The position numbers and the translations under genes were made by a program. 60,039 bases of DNA, taken from positions 1 to 60,039 of the forward strand of contig CAYHAE010000007.1 of NCBI GenBank assembly GCA_964354545.1. The letters are read 5' to 3'. Positions 8,860-19,183 of the stretch are shown in pieces (position 1 is the first letter of the stretch; the number at the start of each line of letters is the position of its first letter). The stretch is from an uncultured Planctomycetia bacterium. Lineage in GTDB: Bacteria; Omnitrophota; Gorgyraeia; 2-01-FULL-45-10; JAHFGN01. The notes under the pieces are model-generated. The model searched no databases, had not been told where the DNA came from, and worked only from the letters and a program-made list of their open reading frames with translations.

Positions 8860-9474
8860 ATGGCAAAGAAACTTCGAAGTGCGGAGATCAAACGTAAGAC
8901 GAAGGAAACCGATATTTCAGGGAAGCTCGTGATCGACGGGAAGGGCGCAAGCGCGATCGGTACGGGGATAGGGTTTCTCGACCACATGCTCACGCTCTTT
9001 ACCTTTCATGGGCTGTTCGATGTGACCCTCAAGGCGAAGGGAGACCTCAAGGTCGATATCCATCATACTAACGAGGATGTTGCGATGTGCCTGGGAAAGG
9101 CTTTTAAAGAAGCCCTCGGAGACTGCAAGGGGATCAGGCGGTTTGGTGCCAAAGAAGTACCGATGGACCTTGCTGCGGCGAAGGTTGTTGTCGATATCGG
9201 AGGCCGGTATGCGTTTCTATTGAAGGTGCCTCCCATGTGGCCGGGGGAGCGCGTCTCCAGGGAAGAAGGGTATTCTTTCGATGACGGCAAAGACTTCCTC
9301 GATACCTTTGCGAAGAATGCGAATATCAATCTCCACATCGAGATATACTCAGGCATGGATATGCACCACGTCCTCGAAGCGGTCTTCAAGGCTTTCGGCG
9401 TCGCTCTCGATGAGGCGACACAGATAGACCCGCGGCGCGAGGGAGTGTCGTCGACGAAAGGGAAAATCGATTAA
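8860..9474 (+). CDS. hisB: Imidazoleglycerol-phosphate dehydratase
   Basis: MAKKLRSAEIKRKTKETDISGKL and HHTNEDVAMCLG motifs. I prefer the start at 8860 (AAGGA 9 nt upstream) to the ORF-track start at 8839. Confidence 0.92.
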   Translation: MAKKLRSAEIKRKTKETDISGKLVIDGKGASAIGTGIGFLDHMLTLFTFHGLFDVTLKAKGDLKVDIHHTNEDVAMCLGKAFKEALGDCKGIRRFGAKEVPMDLAAAKVVVDIGGRYAFLLKVPPMWPGERVSREEGYSFDDGKDFLDTFAKNANINLHIEIYSGMDMHHVLEAVFKAFGVALDEATQIDPRREGVSSTKGKID

Positions 9475-9510
9475 CACCGTGTCGCGCACTGCGTACAGCG
9501 TATCTGCTCA

Positions 9511-9540
9511 CGCACTACGCAATACGCACTACGCAATACG
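9511..9540. repeat. Heptamer-family repeat (2 x cgcactacgcaata) in the hisB-hisH gap
   Basis: cgcactacgcaatacgcactacgcaatacg read directly. Confidence 0.8.
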
Positions 9541-9560
9541 GCACATGGGCATGACATAGC

Positions 9561-10283
9561 ATGATCGCTATCATCGATTACGGAATGGGCAATTTGCGGA
9601 GCGTCCAGAAAGCACTCGAGAGAGTCGGCGGAAAGACGAGGATGGTCGCCCATGGCAGGGAGTTACGCGGTCTGGACAAGATGGTATTTCCCGGCGTCGG
9701 CGCCTTTGAAGATGCGATGGAAGAGTTGAAAAGGCGCTCCCTTATTGAGCCGATAAGAAAGGCGATCGCGGAAGGGAGACCGTTTTTGGGCCTCTGCCTC
9801 GGGATGCAGTTGCTCTTCGATGAGAGCGAAGAGGGGGGCAGGATCAAGGGGCTGGGTATAGTGAGAGGGAAGGTGAAGAGGTTCCCTTTCAAGGGGCGCG
9901 GGACCGGGTACCCCCTGAAGGTCCCGCATATGGGATGGAATACGATAGACTATAGATTAAAGACCAAAGAGTGCGGAGCGAAGCGAAGCCTCCCCGAAGG
10001 GGACCGTAGACCAGAGAGTGCGGAGCGAAGCGAAGCCTCCCCGAAGGGGACCATAGACCAACGACTGAAGATCCTGAAGGGAGTGCCTGACGGGGCATAC
10101 ATGTATTTCGTCCATTCGTATTACGCCCAACCGCGCGATACGTCGTGTACCATTACGACGACTGATTACGGCATACGATTTGCCTCCGGTATCTGCGAGG
10201 GAAATGTGTACGGTTTTCAATTTCACCCTGAAAAGAGCCAGAGGGTAGGTTTGAAGATATTGGCGAATTTCGTGCGTCTGTAA
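9561..10283 (+). CDS. hisH: Imidazole glycerol phosphate synthase, glutamine amidotransferase subunit HisH, carrying a 34-codon repeat insertion
   Basis: PGVGAF, nucleophile elbow GLCLGMQLL, and FQFHPEKS. There are ~34 extra residues between PHMGWN and YMYFVHSY relative to the usual HisH spacing. Confidence 0.9.
   Translation: MIAIIDYGMGNLRSVQKALERVGGKTRMVAHGRELRGLDKMVFPGVGAFEDAMEELKRRSLIEPIRKAIAEGRPFLGLCLGMQLLFDESEEGGRIKGLGIVRGKVKRFPFKGRGTGYPLKVPHMGWNTIDYRLKTKECGAKRSLPEGDRRPESAERSEASPKGTIDQRLKILKGVPDGAYMYFVHSYYAQPRDTSCTITTTDYGIRFASGICEGNVYGFQFHPEKSQRVGLKILANFVRL
9961..10062 (+). repeat. 47-bp tandem repeat (2.17 units, 102 bp) embedded in frame in hisH
   Basis: Units 9961-10007 and 10008-10054, plus a partial unit at 10055-10062. 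The unit contains the hairpin tcccc-gaa-gggga. Confidence 0.9.
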
Positions 10284-10295
10284 GAGGTCTTGCAC

Positions 10296-11024
10296 ATGAT
10301 CGTGATACCGGCGATCGATATAATAGACTGCTCTGTGGTGAGGTTGATCCAGGGCAACTACAGGTACGAGACGACCTATTCGCATTCTCCCGTGGAGATT
10401 GCCCAGAAGTGGGATTCGTACGGGATCGAGCTGCTCCACGTCGTCGACCTGAACGGTGCGCTCCAGGGCGAGGTGCAGCATCTCGATGTCGTAAAAGATA
10501 TCGTCAAGAAGGTGAAGGCAAAGGTCGAGTTCGGCGGAGGAGTACGGGATGAGAGGACGGTGGCCATGCTCCTCGACGCCGGCGTGGAGAAGGTCGTCAT
10601 CGGGACGATGGCCCTCAACGAGAAGTTCATGAAGGATCTCGCCGGGCGCTTTGGCGAAAGGGTCGTCGCCGCGATCGACGCAAAAGACGGCGTCGTCCGC
10701 GTCAAGGGGTGGATCTTCAAATCAAGGAAGAAGGCGGCGGACCTCGCGAAGCGGCTCGAGGAGACCGGCGTAAAGGCTATCAACTATACCGATATATCCA
10801 AAGACGGAATGCTCATAGGGCCGAATATCCCGGGCATAGAAGAGCTCCTCAAGGCCACTAAGGTACGGGTCGTCGCGAGCGGCGGCATATCGTCCATCGA
10901 CGACGTGAAGGCATTGAAGGGGCTTGAAAAGGAGGGTCTGGCCGGCATCATTATCGGAAGGGCGCTCTACGAGAACAAGATAGACCTCGCCGAGGCGATC
11001 GCAATTGTAAAATCGAAGGAGTGA
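10296..11024 (+). CDS. hisA: ProFAR isomerase HisA
   Basis: [18 protein letters not shown]-terminus and a (beta-alpha)8 HisA pattern with GGGVRD and IIGRALYE. I prefer ATG 10296 to TTG 10290. Confidence 0.93.
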   Translation: MIVIPAIDIIDCSVVRLIQGNYRYETTYSHSPVEIAQKWDSYGIELLHVVDLNGALQGEVQHLDVVKDIVKKVKAKVEFGGGVRDERTVAMLLDAGVEKVVIGTMALNEKFMKDLAGRFGERVVAAIDAKDGVVRVKGWIFKSRKKAADLAKRLEETGVKAINYTDISKDGMLIGPNIPGIEELLKATKVRVVASGGISSIDDVKALKGLEKEGLAGIIIGRALYENKIDLAEAIAIVKSKE

Positions 11025-11034
11025 GGAGGTTTCC

Positions 11035-11811
11035 ATGCTCACGAAGAGAGTCATCCCGTGTCTCGATGTAAAAGAAGGGAGGGTTGTTAAGGGAGTCCAT
11101 TTCCGGAACCTGCGCGATGCGGGCGACCCGGTAGAAAATGCCCGTTATTACGACAAGACCAACGCAGATGAGCTCGTCTTCCTTGACATCACCGCGACCT
11201 TCGAGAAGAGGAAGACGATGATACGCGTCGTCAACAAGGTCGCCGAAGCGATATTCCTGCCGCTCACGGTCGGCGGCGGCATAGGCTCGATCGGCGACAT
11301 ACGGGAGCTTCTCAAGGCGGGATGTGACAAGGTCTCTATCAATACCGCTGCCGTGAAGAGGCCGCGGTTCATCCAGGAGTCGTCGCGCAGGTTCGGCAAC
11401 CAGTGTATCGTGGTGGCGATAGACGCAAAGCGCACGACGCGCGGCGCACGGGGCGGGGCGAAGAAGTGGGAGGTATTCATCAACGGAGGGAGGACCCCGA
11501 CAGGGCTCGATGCGGTCGCGTGGGCGCGACAGGCCGAGCGCCTGGGCGCAGGCGAGATCCTTCTCACGAGCATGGATTACGACGGAACGAAGGCGGGATA
11601 CGACATTGAACTGACGAAAGCGGTGAGCGAGGCGGTAGGTATCCCCGTGATCGCCTCCGGAGGCGCAGGCACGCGTGCGCATCTCTACGAAGCGCTTACT
11701 AAAGGCAAGGCCGATGCGGTGCTTGCGGCGTCGATATTCCATTACAGGGAATATTCCGTTCAAGACGTAAAGGAGTATTTACATAAAAGAGGAGTGAGGG
11801 TGAGGCTGTGA
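11035..11811 (+). CDS. hisF: Imidazole glycerol phosphate synthase cyclase subunit HisF
   Basis: [32 protein letters not shown] and ASGGAG motifs. Confidence 0.95.
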   Translation: MLTKRVIPCLDVKEGRVVKGVHFRNLRDAGDPVENARYYDKTNADELVFLDITATFEKRKTMIRVVNKVAEAIFLPLTVGGGIGSIGDIRELLKAGCDKVSINTAAVKRPRFIQESSRRFGNQCIVVAIDAKRTTRGARGGAKKWEVFINGGRTPTGLDAVAWARQAERLGAGEILLTSMDYDGTKAGYDIELTKAVSEAVGIPVIASGGAGTRAHLYEALTKGKADAVLAASIFHYREYSVQDVKEYLHKRGVRVRL

Positions 11812-12308
11812 ACGGTTTGATGGAGCTTGTTAAATTCAACGACAAGGGTTTGGTCCCCGCGATAATCCAGGACAGGAAGACGAAGTCGGTCCTTACGCTC
11901 TGCTACATGAACCGCGAGGCGCTCGAGAAGACGTTGAAAGAAAACCTCGTCTGGGTCTTCAGGCGTTCTAAGGGGATGCTCATGATGAAAGGGGCGACGT
12001 CGGGCTGTGTCCAGAAGGTGAAAAAGGTATTTATTGACTGCGAGGGGAATTCCCTTCTGGTCGTCGTCGACCAGGTAAGGGCAGCGTGCCACGCGGGTTA
12101 CTTCACGTGTTACTATCGCACGAGGGGTCCGCGCGGGGCCGTGAAGGTTGTGGGAAAGCCCGTCTTTGATCCCCTCCGCAAAAATCCCCGGCTTTTGGTT
12201 CGACGAGCTCACCATCCCTCGAATCCTTCGACAGGCTCAGGATTCGATCCCGAGTTATATCGAGGGACGAACCATCCCGAGCGAAGTCGAGGGACAAGCC
12301 GAGGATAG
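11808..12308 (+). CDS. hisI: Phosphoribosyl-AMP cyclohydrolase HisI with a repeat-derived C-terminal tail
   Basis: GLVPAIIQD and [12 protein letters not shown] motifs. From ~12165 the reading frame runs through repeat elements X1 and Y1, which supply ~45 codons and the stop. Confidence 0.85.
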   Translation: MNGLMELVKFNDKGLVPAIIQDRKTKSVLTLCYMNREALEKTLKENLVWVFRRSKGMLMMKGATSGCVQKVKKVFIDCEGNSLLVVVDQVRAACHAGYFTCYYRTRGPRGAVKVVGKPVFDPLRKNPRLLVRRAHHPSNPSTGSGFDPELYRGTNHPERSRGTSRG

Positions 12309-12377
12309 GAAGTTACGGAATGTGTTTTTTTGCGTCGGGGAGGGAGCCCTCGGGCCTAAAGGCCGCGGAGGCTCCAC
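12165..12377 (+). repeat. Repeat family X, copy 1, split by a nested insertion (halves 12165-12194 and 12295-12377)
   Basis: The halves align to intact copies at 26194-26279 and 46137-46245. The break is inside the X hairpin (ccccggcttt | aagccgagga). Confidence 0.8.
12195..12294 (+). mobile_element. MITE-like element family Y, 100-bp copy, nested inside X1
   Basis: tggttcgacgagctcacc...gagcgaagtcgagggac. The first 86 bp are identical to 20005-20090. It is built of ttcgacRRgctca...cctcgaat subunits. Confidence 0.75.
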
Positions 12378-12410
12378 CCCGCACGGCAGCGAACGGAGAT
12401 CGTAGAAGAT

Positions 12411-13895
12411 ATGCACTATCCGACGAGACATGAGTTCATCGCGTTGGCGCGACGCGGCAATCTCATCCCGGTCTATCGGGAGATACTTGCGGACTTCGAG
12501 ACGCCCCTCTCGGCCTTCGTCAAGATTGATGAGGGGGATTTCTCGTTCTTACTGGAGTCTGTCGAGGGAGGCGAGAGGCTTGCGCGCTATTCGTTCCTAG
12601 GGAGCGGTCCGTCGCTTGTCTTCTCAAGCAAGGGGGATAGGATAGAGCTGCGCGAAGGAAAGGTCTCGAAGAAGTTCACGACCGTCTCCGACCCGATAGA
12701 GGAGCTGAAAAAGGTCCTGAAGAGGTATACGTTCGTGGACGTAAAGGGCCTCCCGCGTTTCTGCGGAGGGATGGTAGGGTTCTTCGGGTATGACATGGTG
12801 AGGTTCATCGAAGATATCGGCGATAAGAATCCGGATGACCTGAAGCTGCCTGATGCCGTCTTCATGCTCACGAGTACGCTTCTCATATTCGACCACGTAG
12901 ACCATAAGATAAAGGTGGTGTCGAACGTGCATGTGAAGGGCGACCCTTCACGTGCGTACAATGAGGCGACTGATAAAATAGACGCTCTCATACGGAAACT
13001 CAAAGCGCCTTGCCGGACGGTCGGCTCATCGTACGGTGCGAGCCGGAAGGCCAGGCCCTTTAAGGTGCGCTCAAATGTCACTCGACAGGAGTTTGAGAGC
13101 GCGGTCACGAGGGCAAAGGAGTATATCCGAAAAGGAGATATCATTCAGGTCGTGCTTTCGCAGCGGCTTCAGGCGCCCATCGAGTCCCGTCCTTTTCAGA
13201 TATACAGGGCTCTCCGTTCGATAAACCCGTCTCCCTACATGTACTACTTGAAGCTGGGAGACTTTTCTTTGGTCGGCTCATCGCCTGAGATCATGGTGAG
13301 GTGCGAGTCGGGGCTCGTCGAAGTGAGGCCGATCGCGGGGACGAGGCCGCGGGGCTCATCGGAGGAGGATGACGAACGGTTGATAAAGGACCTTCTGAGA
13401 GACCCGAAGGAAAGGGCTGAGCATATCATGCTCGTGGACCTCGGGAGGAACGACATCGGCAGGGTCTGCCAATATCGGACGGTGAAGGTGCCCGAACTTA
13501 TGACTATAGAAAAGTATTCGCACGTGATGCACATCGTGAGTGACGTGTCAGGAAAGTTAAGGCAGGGGAAGGATATCTTTGATGTGGTGAGGGCCACCTT
13601 TCCTGCCGGGACGGTCACGGGTGCGCCTAAGGTTCGCGCGATGGAGATCATCGATGAACTGGAGAACGTGCGGCGCGGTCCCTACGCGGGCAGTGTCGGC
13701 TACTTCAGCTTCTCAGGGAACCTCGATTCCTGCATTACGATCAGGACCATCGTTGTAAAGGGCAAGACAGCGTACATCCAGGCGGGCGCCGGCATTGTCG
13801 CAGACTCGCGGCCCGCGAGGGAGTATCAGGAGACGATGAATAAGGCGAAGGCGCTTCTCCGGGCGATCGAGATGGCGGAGCGTGGGCTTGAATAA
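12411..13895 (+). CDS. trpE: Anthranilate synthase component I
   Basis: 494 aa. Chorismate-binding C-terminus with GTVTGAPKVRAMEIIDELE and GAGIVADS. Confidence 0.95.
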   Translation: MHYPTRHEFIALARRGNLIPVYREILADFETPLSAFVKIDEGDFSFLLESVEGGERLARYSFLGSGPSLVFSSKGDRIELREGKVSKKFTTVSDPIEELKKVLKRYTFVDVKGLPRFCGGMVGFFGYDMVRFIEDIGDKNPDDLKLPDAVFMLTSTLLIFDHVDHKIKVVSNVHVKGDPSRAYNEATDKIDALIRKLKAPCRTVGSSYGASRKARPFKVRSNVTRQEFESAVTRAKEYIRKGDIIQVVLSQRLQAPIESRPFQIYRALRSINPSPYMYYLKLGDFSLVGSSPEIMVRCESGLVEVRPIAGTRPRGSSEEDDERLIKDLLRDPKERAEHIMLVDLGRNDIGRVCQYRTVKVPELMTIEKYSHVMHIVSDVSGKLRQGKDIFDVVRATFPAGTVTGAPKVRAMEIIDELENVRRGPYAGSVGYFSFSGNLDSCITIRTIVVKGKTAYIQAGAGIVADSRPAREYQETMNKAKALLRAIEMAERGLE

Positions 13896-13925
13896 AGTTA
13901 TGGAAGGTTACGGAAGGTTGCCGGC

Positions 13926-14489
13926 ATGATCCTTGTCATCGATAATTACGACTCGTTCACCTACAACCTCGTGCAGTATCTCGGGGAGCTCGGTGCCGAA
14001 CTCTCGGTCTATCGGAACGATAAGATCACGATCGACAAGATAAGGGTGCTCGTCCCCGAGAAGATCGTGATATCGCCCGGCCCCGGCGAGCCGAAGGACG
14101 CGGGGATCTCGGAAGAAGTCATCTCTGTCTTCGGTCGAGAGACACCCATCCTCGGCGTCTGCCTCGGCCACCAGGCCATCGGCGAAGTCTTCGGCGGCAG
14201 GATCGTGCGCGCAAAGCGCCTCATGCACGGGAAGACATCGCTCATCTTCCACGACGGTAAAGGGATATTCAAGGGCATCAAGAACCCCTTCGAGGCGACC
14301 CGGTACCACTCGCTGCTTGTCGAGAGGAGGGGCTTCCCCAAGGCGCTCGCGATCATAGGCGAGACGGCCGAGAAGGAGATCATGGCGTTGAAACATAAAA
14401 GATTCCCCGTCTGGGGGGTCCAATTCCATCCCGAGTCGATCCTCACGGTGGAGGGGAAGAAGATCCTGAAGAACTTCCTGGAACAGTAA
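13926..14489 (+). CDS. trpG: Anthranilate synthase component II (glutamine amidotransferase)
   Basis: [24 protein letters not shown] and QFHPESI motifs. Confidence 0.95.
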   Translation: MILVIDNYDSFTYNLVQYLGELGAELSVYRNDKITIDKIRVLVPEKIVISPGPGEPKDAGISEEVISVFGRETPILGVCLGHQAIGEVFGGRIVRAKRLMHGKTSLIFHDGKGIFKGIKNPFEATRYHSLLVERRGFPKALAIIGETAEKEIMALKHKRFPVWGVQFHPESILTVEGKKILKNFLEQ

Positions 14490-14544
14490 GTGAGGTTACA
14501 TGAGGTTACGGAAGAGCGCGTAACATTATCACATTTCCAATACG

Positions 14545-15603
14545 ATGATTAAAGAAGCGATAGAGAAAGCGGTGCAGCGGATCGACCTCACAGAACAGGA
14601 GGCCCGCGAGGTATTCGAAGAGATCATGTCGGGGAAGGCAACCCTTGCGCAGATAGGCGCGTTCATAACAGCGCTGCGCATGAAAGGGGAGACCGTCGAC
14701 GAGATCACGGGCGCGGTCAAGGTGATGAGGGAGAAGTCACTCAAGATCCGAGCGGGGCGGTCCGTCGTCGACATCGACAGGGACGACATCAACATCGACG
14801 AGGAGACGATCGTCGACACGTGCGGGACGGGAGGGAGCGGAACGAACACCTTCAACATATCGACGACCGTTGCGTTCGTGGTCGCGGGGTGCGGGCTCAA
14901 GGTCGCAAAGCACGGGAACAGGGCCGCGTCGAGCCAGTGCGGGAGCGCGGACGTGCTGGAGGCGTTAGGGGTGAACCTCACGCCGGACACTGACGTGGTG
15001 GCGCGGTGCATCAGGGAGATAGGCATCGGTTTCATGTATGCGCCGCTCTTCCACGGCGCGATGAAATATGCCGTCACACCGCGGAAGGAGATCGGCATAA
15101 GGACGATCTTCAATATACTCGGCCCGCTCTCCAACCCGGCGAACGCGACGAGCCAGGTCCTCGGGGTCTACGATGCCGCGCTCACCGAGGTGATGGCCAA
15201 GGTGCTGAGGAACCTCGGCACAAAACGGGCCTTCGTCGTGTACGGCCTCGACACGCTCGATGAGATCACGATCACGGGCAAGAGCAGGGTGACCGAATTG
15301 AAGGACGGAAAGATAAGGACGTTTCTCCTCGACCCCGCGAAACTCGGCCTTGCGAAGGCCCGCATCGAGGACCTGAAAGGAGGGGACGCGAAGACCAATG
15401 CGGATATCGTACGCTCGGTCTTGAGAGGAGAAAAGGGGCCGCGGAGGGACGCGGTCCTGGTGAATGCCTCCGCAGCCCTCATCGCGGGTTTTAAGGCGAA
15501 GGATTTTCGGGAAGGCATCGGTCTAGCGGCAGAGTCGATAGACTCAGGCAGGGCGTTTGAAAAATTGACCAAATTGATCGAGTATACCAATTTTACACGA
15601 TGA
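14545..15603 (+). CDS. trpD: Anthranilate phosphoribosyltransferase
   Basis: [17 protein letters not shown] and KHGNRAASS motifs. Confidence 0.95.
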   Translation: MIKEAIEKAVQRIDLTEQEAREVFEEIMSGKATLAQIGAFITALRMKGETVDEITGAVKVMREKSLKIRAGRSVVDIDRDDINIDEETIVDTCGTGGSGTNTFNISTTVAFVVAGCGLKVAKHGNRAASSQCGSADVLEALGVNLTPDTDVVARCIREIGIGFMYAPLFHGAMKYAVTPRKEIGIRTIFNILGPLSNPANATSQVLGVYDAALTEVMAKVLRNLGTKRAFVVYGLDTLDEITITGKSRVTELKDGKIRTFLLDPAKLGLAKARIEDLKGGDAKTNADIVRSVLRGEKGPRRDAVLVNASAALIAGFKAKDFREGIGLAAESIDSGRAFEKLTKLIEYTNFTR

Positions 15604-16388
15604 TACTCTCGCGCATCATAGAAGAAAAAAGACGCGTTGTCGAGGCGGCCAAGAAGGCCCTCCCGGCAGACAGGCTTGCCCCCCGCGCCCGGGACTTCTA
15701 TGTGAAGAGCTCGTTCAAGAAGAATATCTCGCGCCCCCACCACGTCAATCTCATCGCCGAGCTGAAGAAGGCCTCGCCGTCGAGAGGGATCATACGGGGT
15801 GACTATAACCCCGCGAAGATCGCCGTGACCTACGAGGCGAACGGGGCGAGCGCCATCTCGGTCCTCACCGACGAGCGTTTCTTCGAAGGGAGGCTCGAAC
15901 ATATAAAGGAAGTAAAGGAGCGCGTGTCGCTCCCGGTACTCCGTAAAGATTTCATCATCGATGAGTACCAGGTCTACGAGACCGTCATTTCCGGCGCCGA
16001 TGCGATACTCCTGATCGCGGAGATCCTGTCGGCCGACGAACTCGGGAGGTTCAATGCCCTTGCGAAGGGCATGGGCCTCGACGTCCTCACCGAAGTCCAC
16101 AGCGAGGAGGACACAGAGAAAGCGCTCTCGGCAGGCGCCGATATAATAGGGATAAACAACAGGGACCTCAGCACGTTCAAAGTGGACCTCAGCGCGACGC
16201 AGAGAGTGATCAGGCACGTCCCCCGGGACAAGGTCATCGTTTCTGAGAGCGGCATCAAGACGTACGAAGATGTGATGTTCTTGAAGAGCCTTGGGGTGAA
16301 CGCGGTCCTGATAGGAGAGGCGTTCATGGAGACCGACGACATCGCCGCGAAGATACAGGAACTCTTCAGGAACCATTGGAAACGGTGA
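15600..16388 (+). CDS. trpC: Indole-3-glycerol phosphate synthase
   Basis: [22 protein letters not shown] and GINNRDL motifs. ATGA overlap with trpD. Confidence 0.95.
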   Translation: MILSRIIEEKRRVVEAAKKALPADRLAPRARDFYVKSSFKKNISRPHHVNLIAELKKASPSRGIIRGDYNPAKIAVTYEANGASAISVLTDERFFEGRLEHIKEVKERVSLPVLRKDFIIDEYQVYETVISGADAILLIAEILSADELGRFNALAKGMGLDVLTEVHSEEDTEKALSAGADIIGINNRDLSTFKVDLSATQRVIRHVPRDKVIVSESGIKTYEDVMFLKSLGVNAVLIGEAFMETDDIAAKIQELFRNHWKR

Positions 16389-17008
16389 AGATAAAGATAT
16401 GCGGCATGACGAACAGGGACGATGTCCGGGAGGCGATCCGCCTTGGGGCAGATATGGTGGGTTTCGTCTTTTACAGGCGATCGACCCGCTTCATCCGGGT
16501 CGAAGACGCGAAGGCTATCATCGATGAGCTGCCTCGCCGCGTGAAGAAGGTCGGCGTCTTTGTCAACGAAGGAAAGAGGACCGTTTCGGGTATCGCGCGG
16601 AGGCTGGGCCTCGACGCGGTGCAGCTCCACGGAGACGAGTCCGCGCGCTATTGCAGCAGCGTGAGAGGCCCCTTCAAGGTCGTAAAGGCATTTCGGATCA
16701 GAAAGAGGAGAGACCTTGGGAAGGTCAATTCCTATGACGTGGATTTTTATCTCCTCGACAGCTACAGGAACGGGGAGAGGGGAGGGACCGGGAAGACCTT
16801 TCCGTGGGCCATCCTCAAGGGTTTTGAGTTCAGGAGGCCGGTCATCCTCTCGGGGGGGCTGACTCCGGGGAACGTGTGCGAGGCAATCAAGAGCGCATCG
16901 CCCTATGCCGTTGACGTCGCGAGCGGGGTCGAGAGGTATCCGGGGAAGAAGGATCCGCGGTTGATGAAGAAGTTCATAGCGGGCGCAAGGAAAAGAAGGG
17001 GACCTTGA
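16385..17008 (+). CDS. trpF: Phosphoribosylanthranilate isomerase
   Basis: [10 protein letters not shown]-terminus and GGLTPGNV. GTGA overlap with the trpC stop. The ORF track begins 9 nt earlier at a TTG. Confidence 0.92.
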   Translation: MKIKICGMTNRDDVREAIRLGADMVGFVFYRRSTRFIRVEDAKAIIDELPRRVKKVGVFVNEGKRTVSGIARRLGLDAVQLHGDESARYCSSVRGPFKVVKAFRIRKRRDLGKVNSYDVDFYLLDSYRNGERGGTGKTFPWAILKGFEFRRPVILSGGLTPGNVCEAIKSASPYAVDVASGVERYPGKKDPRLMKKFIAGARKRRGP

Positions 17009-17754
17009 AAACGTTCCAAAAATTGAAGCGGTGGCCGAAACTTGTGACTCGCTCCGGGTTTCACTACGTTCGGATGCGGATGGCCCGTCCCCCTTACTGG
17101 GTCTGGGCGGGAGGGAGGATGTGCCGGGTGTTCGCAGACCGCGACCCGGGCGTGCGGCTGGACTATCGGGAGATCGTCGTCGAGGATTATTACGACATCT
17201 TCAGCTATTCGAAGCGCAATCGTCAGAGTCGGCCGTCGGTGATCGCTGACGTCGGGGCGAACGTCGGCATGTTCAGCAGGCTGTGCAGCCTTCTCTTTCC
17301 GGCCACCGATATCTATGCATATGAACCGAATCCCGAGGCGCTGCGCTGGCTCCGGATGAATGCAGGCTCGACGCGTATCAAGGTATTTCCGTATGCGGTA
17401 TGCGAGAGAGACGGCACCGTGATGCTCAATACCGACTTCGAATCGACGTGCGGGACCAGGATCGACTCGAACGGTAAGGTGCGCGCTGAGGCGATCGGCG
17501 CCTCCCGGGTCGCCGAGGGGCGCCCCATAGACCTCCTCAAGATGGATTGTGAGGGTTCGGAGTGGTCGATCCTGAAGGAGCCTGGCCTCCTCGGACGCAC
17601 GAAGGATTTTTTCCTGGAATACCATCTGTGGGACGGCCATACTATCGGGGAGTTGCGCGCGCTTGTCGAGAGGGCCGGCCACCGCATATCGCGCATTTCT
17701 CCGAGAGCGGAATATCATACGAATTTTGGTTTTCTCTGGTCGAGCCGCAGGTGA
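17005..17754 (+). CDS. FkbM-family SAM-dependent methyltransferase embedded in the trp operon
   Basis: [13 protein letters not shown] (SAM-binding G-x-G type), YAYEPNP, and [12 protein letters not shown], which is typical of the Methyltransf_21/FkbM family. The start overlaps the trpF stop, and the gene ends 18 nt before trpB. The exact start is uncertain (TTG 17005 or ATG 17071). Confidence 0.7.
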   Translation: MKTFQKLKRWPKLVTRSGFHYVRMRMARPPYWVWAGGRMCRVFADRDPGVRLDYREIVVEDYYDIFSYSKRNRQSRPSVIADVGANVGMFSRLCSLLFPATDIYAYEPNPEALRWLRMNAGSTRIKVFPYAVCERDGTVMLNTDFESTCGTRIDSNGKVRAEAIGASRVAEGRPIDLLKMDCEGSEWSILKEPGLLGRTKDFFLEYHLWDGHTIGELRALVERAGHRISRISPRAEYHTNFGFLWSSRR

Positions 17755-17771
17755 CGGCACATAGAGGTTGC

Positions 17772-18962
17772 ATGATGAGATCGGATAGAGGTGTTCCGGA
17801 TAGAGGCGGTTACTTCGGTCCCTTCGGAGGAAAATTCGTCCCCGAGACGCTCATGGCTGCGCTTGCCGAGCTCGAGCGCTGCTATAGAGAGGCGAAACGG
17901 GAGAGGCGTTTCAGAAAGGAGCTCGATTATTACCTCAGGGAATACGCGGGCCGGCCCACTCCCCTCTACTTTGCCGAACGGCTCACCCGGAAGACGGGCG
18001 GCGCCAAGATCTATTTGAAGAGAGAAGACCTGCTTCATACCGGTGCTCACAAGATCAATAATACGCTGGGGCAGGTCCTCCTCGCGCTTCGGATGAGAAA
18101 GAAACGGATCATCGCAGAGACCGGCGCCGGCCAGCATGGCGTCGCGACCGCGACCGTCGCCGCCCTCTTCGGCCTTGAGTGCGAGATATTCATGGGCGAA
18201 GAGGATATCAGGAGACAGGCAATAAACGTCTTCAAGATGAAGCTCCTGGGAGCCAGGGTGACGCCTGTATCGAGCGGCTCGAAGACGCTCAAGGACGCGA
18301 TGAACGAGGCGATACGGGACTGGGTCACGAACGTGCGCACCACGCACTACGTCATAGGCTCGGTCGCAGGGCCGCACCCTTATCCCATGATGGTGAGGGA
18401 CTTCCAGTCCGTGATCGGAGAAGAGACGAGGAGGCAGATAAGAAGGAAAGAAGACAGGCTTCCCGATTACCTTGTTGCGTGCGTGGGCGGCGGAAGTAAC
18501 GCGATGGGGATATTCTATTCGTTCTTCGATACAAGAGCCAAATTTATCGGCGTTGAAGCCGCAGGGCTCGGCCTAGGTACGGGAAAACATGCGGCAACGC
18601 TCTGCAGGGGTTCAGTGGGCGTCCTCCATGGGTCGAAGAGCTATTTGCTGCAGGACTCTCATGGTCAGATCGAGAACGCGCACTCCATCTCCGCGGGCCT
18701 CGATTATCCCGGGGTGGGTCCCGAACATTCGTATTTCAAGAAGACGGGCCGCGCGACGTATGTCGCGGTCACCGATAAACAGGCGCTCGAGGGCTTTCAG
18801 ATGCTCTCGAAGATCGAAGGTATCATCCCCGCGCTCGAGCCGTCTCACGCTATTTATTACGCGACCCGATTGGCGAGGCGTCTGTCGAGAAACAAGGTCA
18901 TCATCGTCTGCCTCTCCGGTAGAGGCGACAAAGACATAGATATAGTTCGCAACGTTCTTTAA
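17772..18962 (+). CDS. trpB: Tryptophan synthase beta chain
   Basis: [16 protein letters not shown] and HTGAHKINN (PLP lysine) motifs. Start set at MMRSD; the longer ORF-track N-terminus overlaps the methyltransferase gene. Confidence 0.96.
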   Translation: MMRSDRGVPDRGGYFGPFGGKFVPETLMAALAELERCYREAKRERRFRKELDYYLREYAGRPTPLYFAERLTRKTGGAKIYLKREDLLHTGAHKINNTLGQVLLALRMRKKRIIAETGAGQHGVATATVAALFGLECEIFMGEEDIRRQAINVFKMKLLGARVTPVSSGSKTLKDAMNEAIRDWVTNVRTTHYVIGSVAGPHPYPMMVRDFQSVIGEETRRQIRRKEDRLPDYLVACVGGGSNAMGIFYSFFDTRAKFIGVEAAGLGLGTGKHAATLCRGSVGVLHGSKSYLLQDSHGQIENAHSISAGLDYPGVGPEHSYFKKTGRATYVAVTDKQALEGFQMLSKIEGIIPALEPSHAIYYATRLARRLSRNKVIIVCLSGRGDKDIDIVRNVL

Positions 18963-19132
18963 CAGTATCCCGAGAGGTTTCCCCTCTCGGGGGCCCCTTA
19001 GCGAGAAGATAATGGCGACATGTCGTCTCATTTACTCACCACACGCTCAACATGGAAAGCGGGCGGGTGACCAGATGAAAAATAGTGTGTAGCTTGTACC
19101 GTGTGTGAATTGCGTCGGGTACGTGTCTCGGA

Positions 19133-19168
19133 TTCGCAATACGCAATACGACATATGCAATACGAACC
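19133..19168. repeat. Heptamer-family repeat in the trpB-trpA gap
   Basis: ttcgcaatacgcaatacgacatatgcaatacgaacc read directly. Confidence 0.8.
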
Positions 19169-19183
19169 GTGGACAAGGATAAC

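Noticed and set aside
12165-12308. The C-terminal tail of hisI as a fused HisE (pyrophosphohydrolase) domain.
   Set aside because: The tail is repeat-encoded, too short, and lacks the MazG-like EExxE motifs of HisE.
12309-12410. Trp attenuator / leader peptide or T-box upstream of trpE.
   Set aside because: The spacer is almost entirely repeat X1. It has no short ORF with tandem Trp codons, no T-box specifier or antiterminator pattern, and no U-rich terminator.
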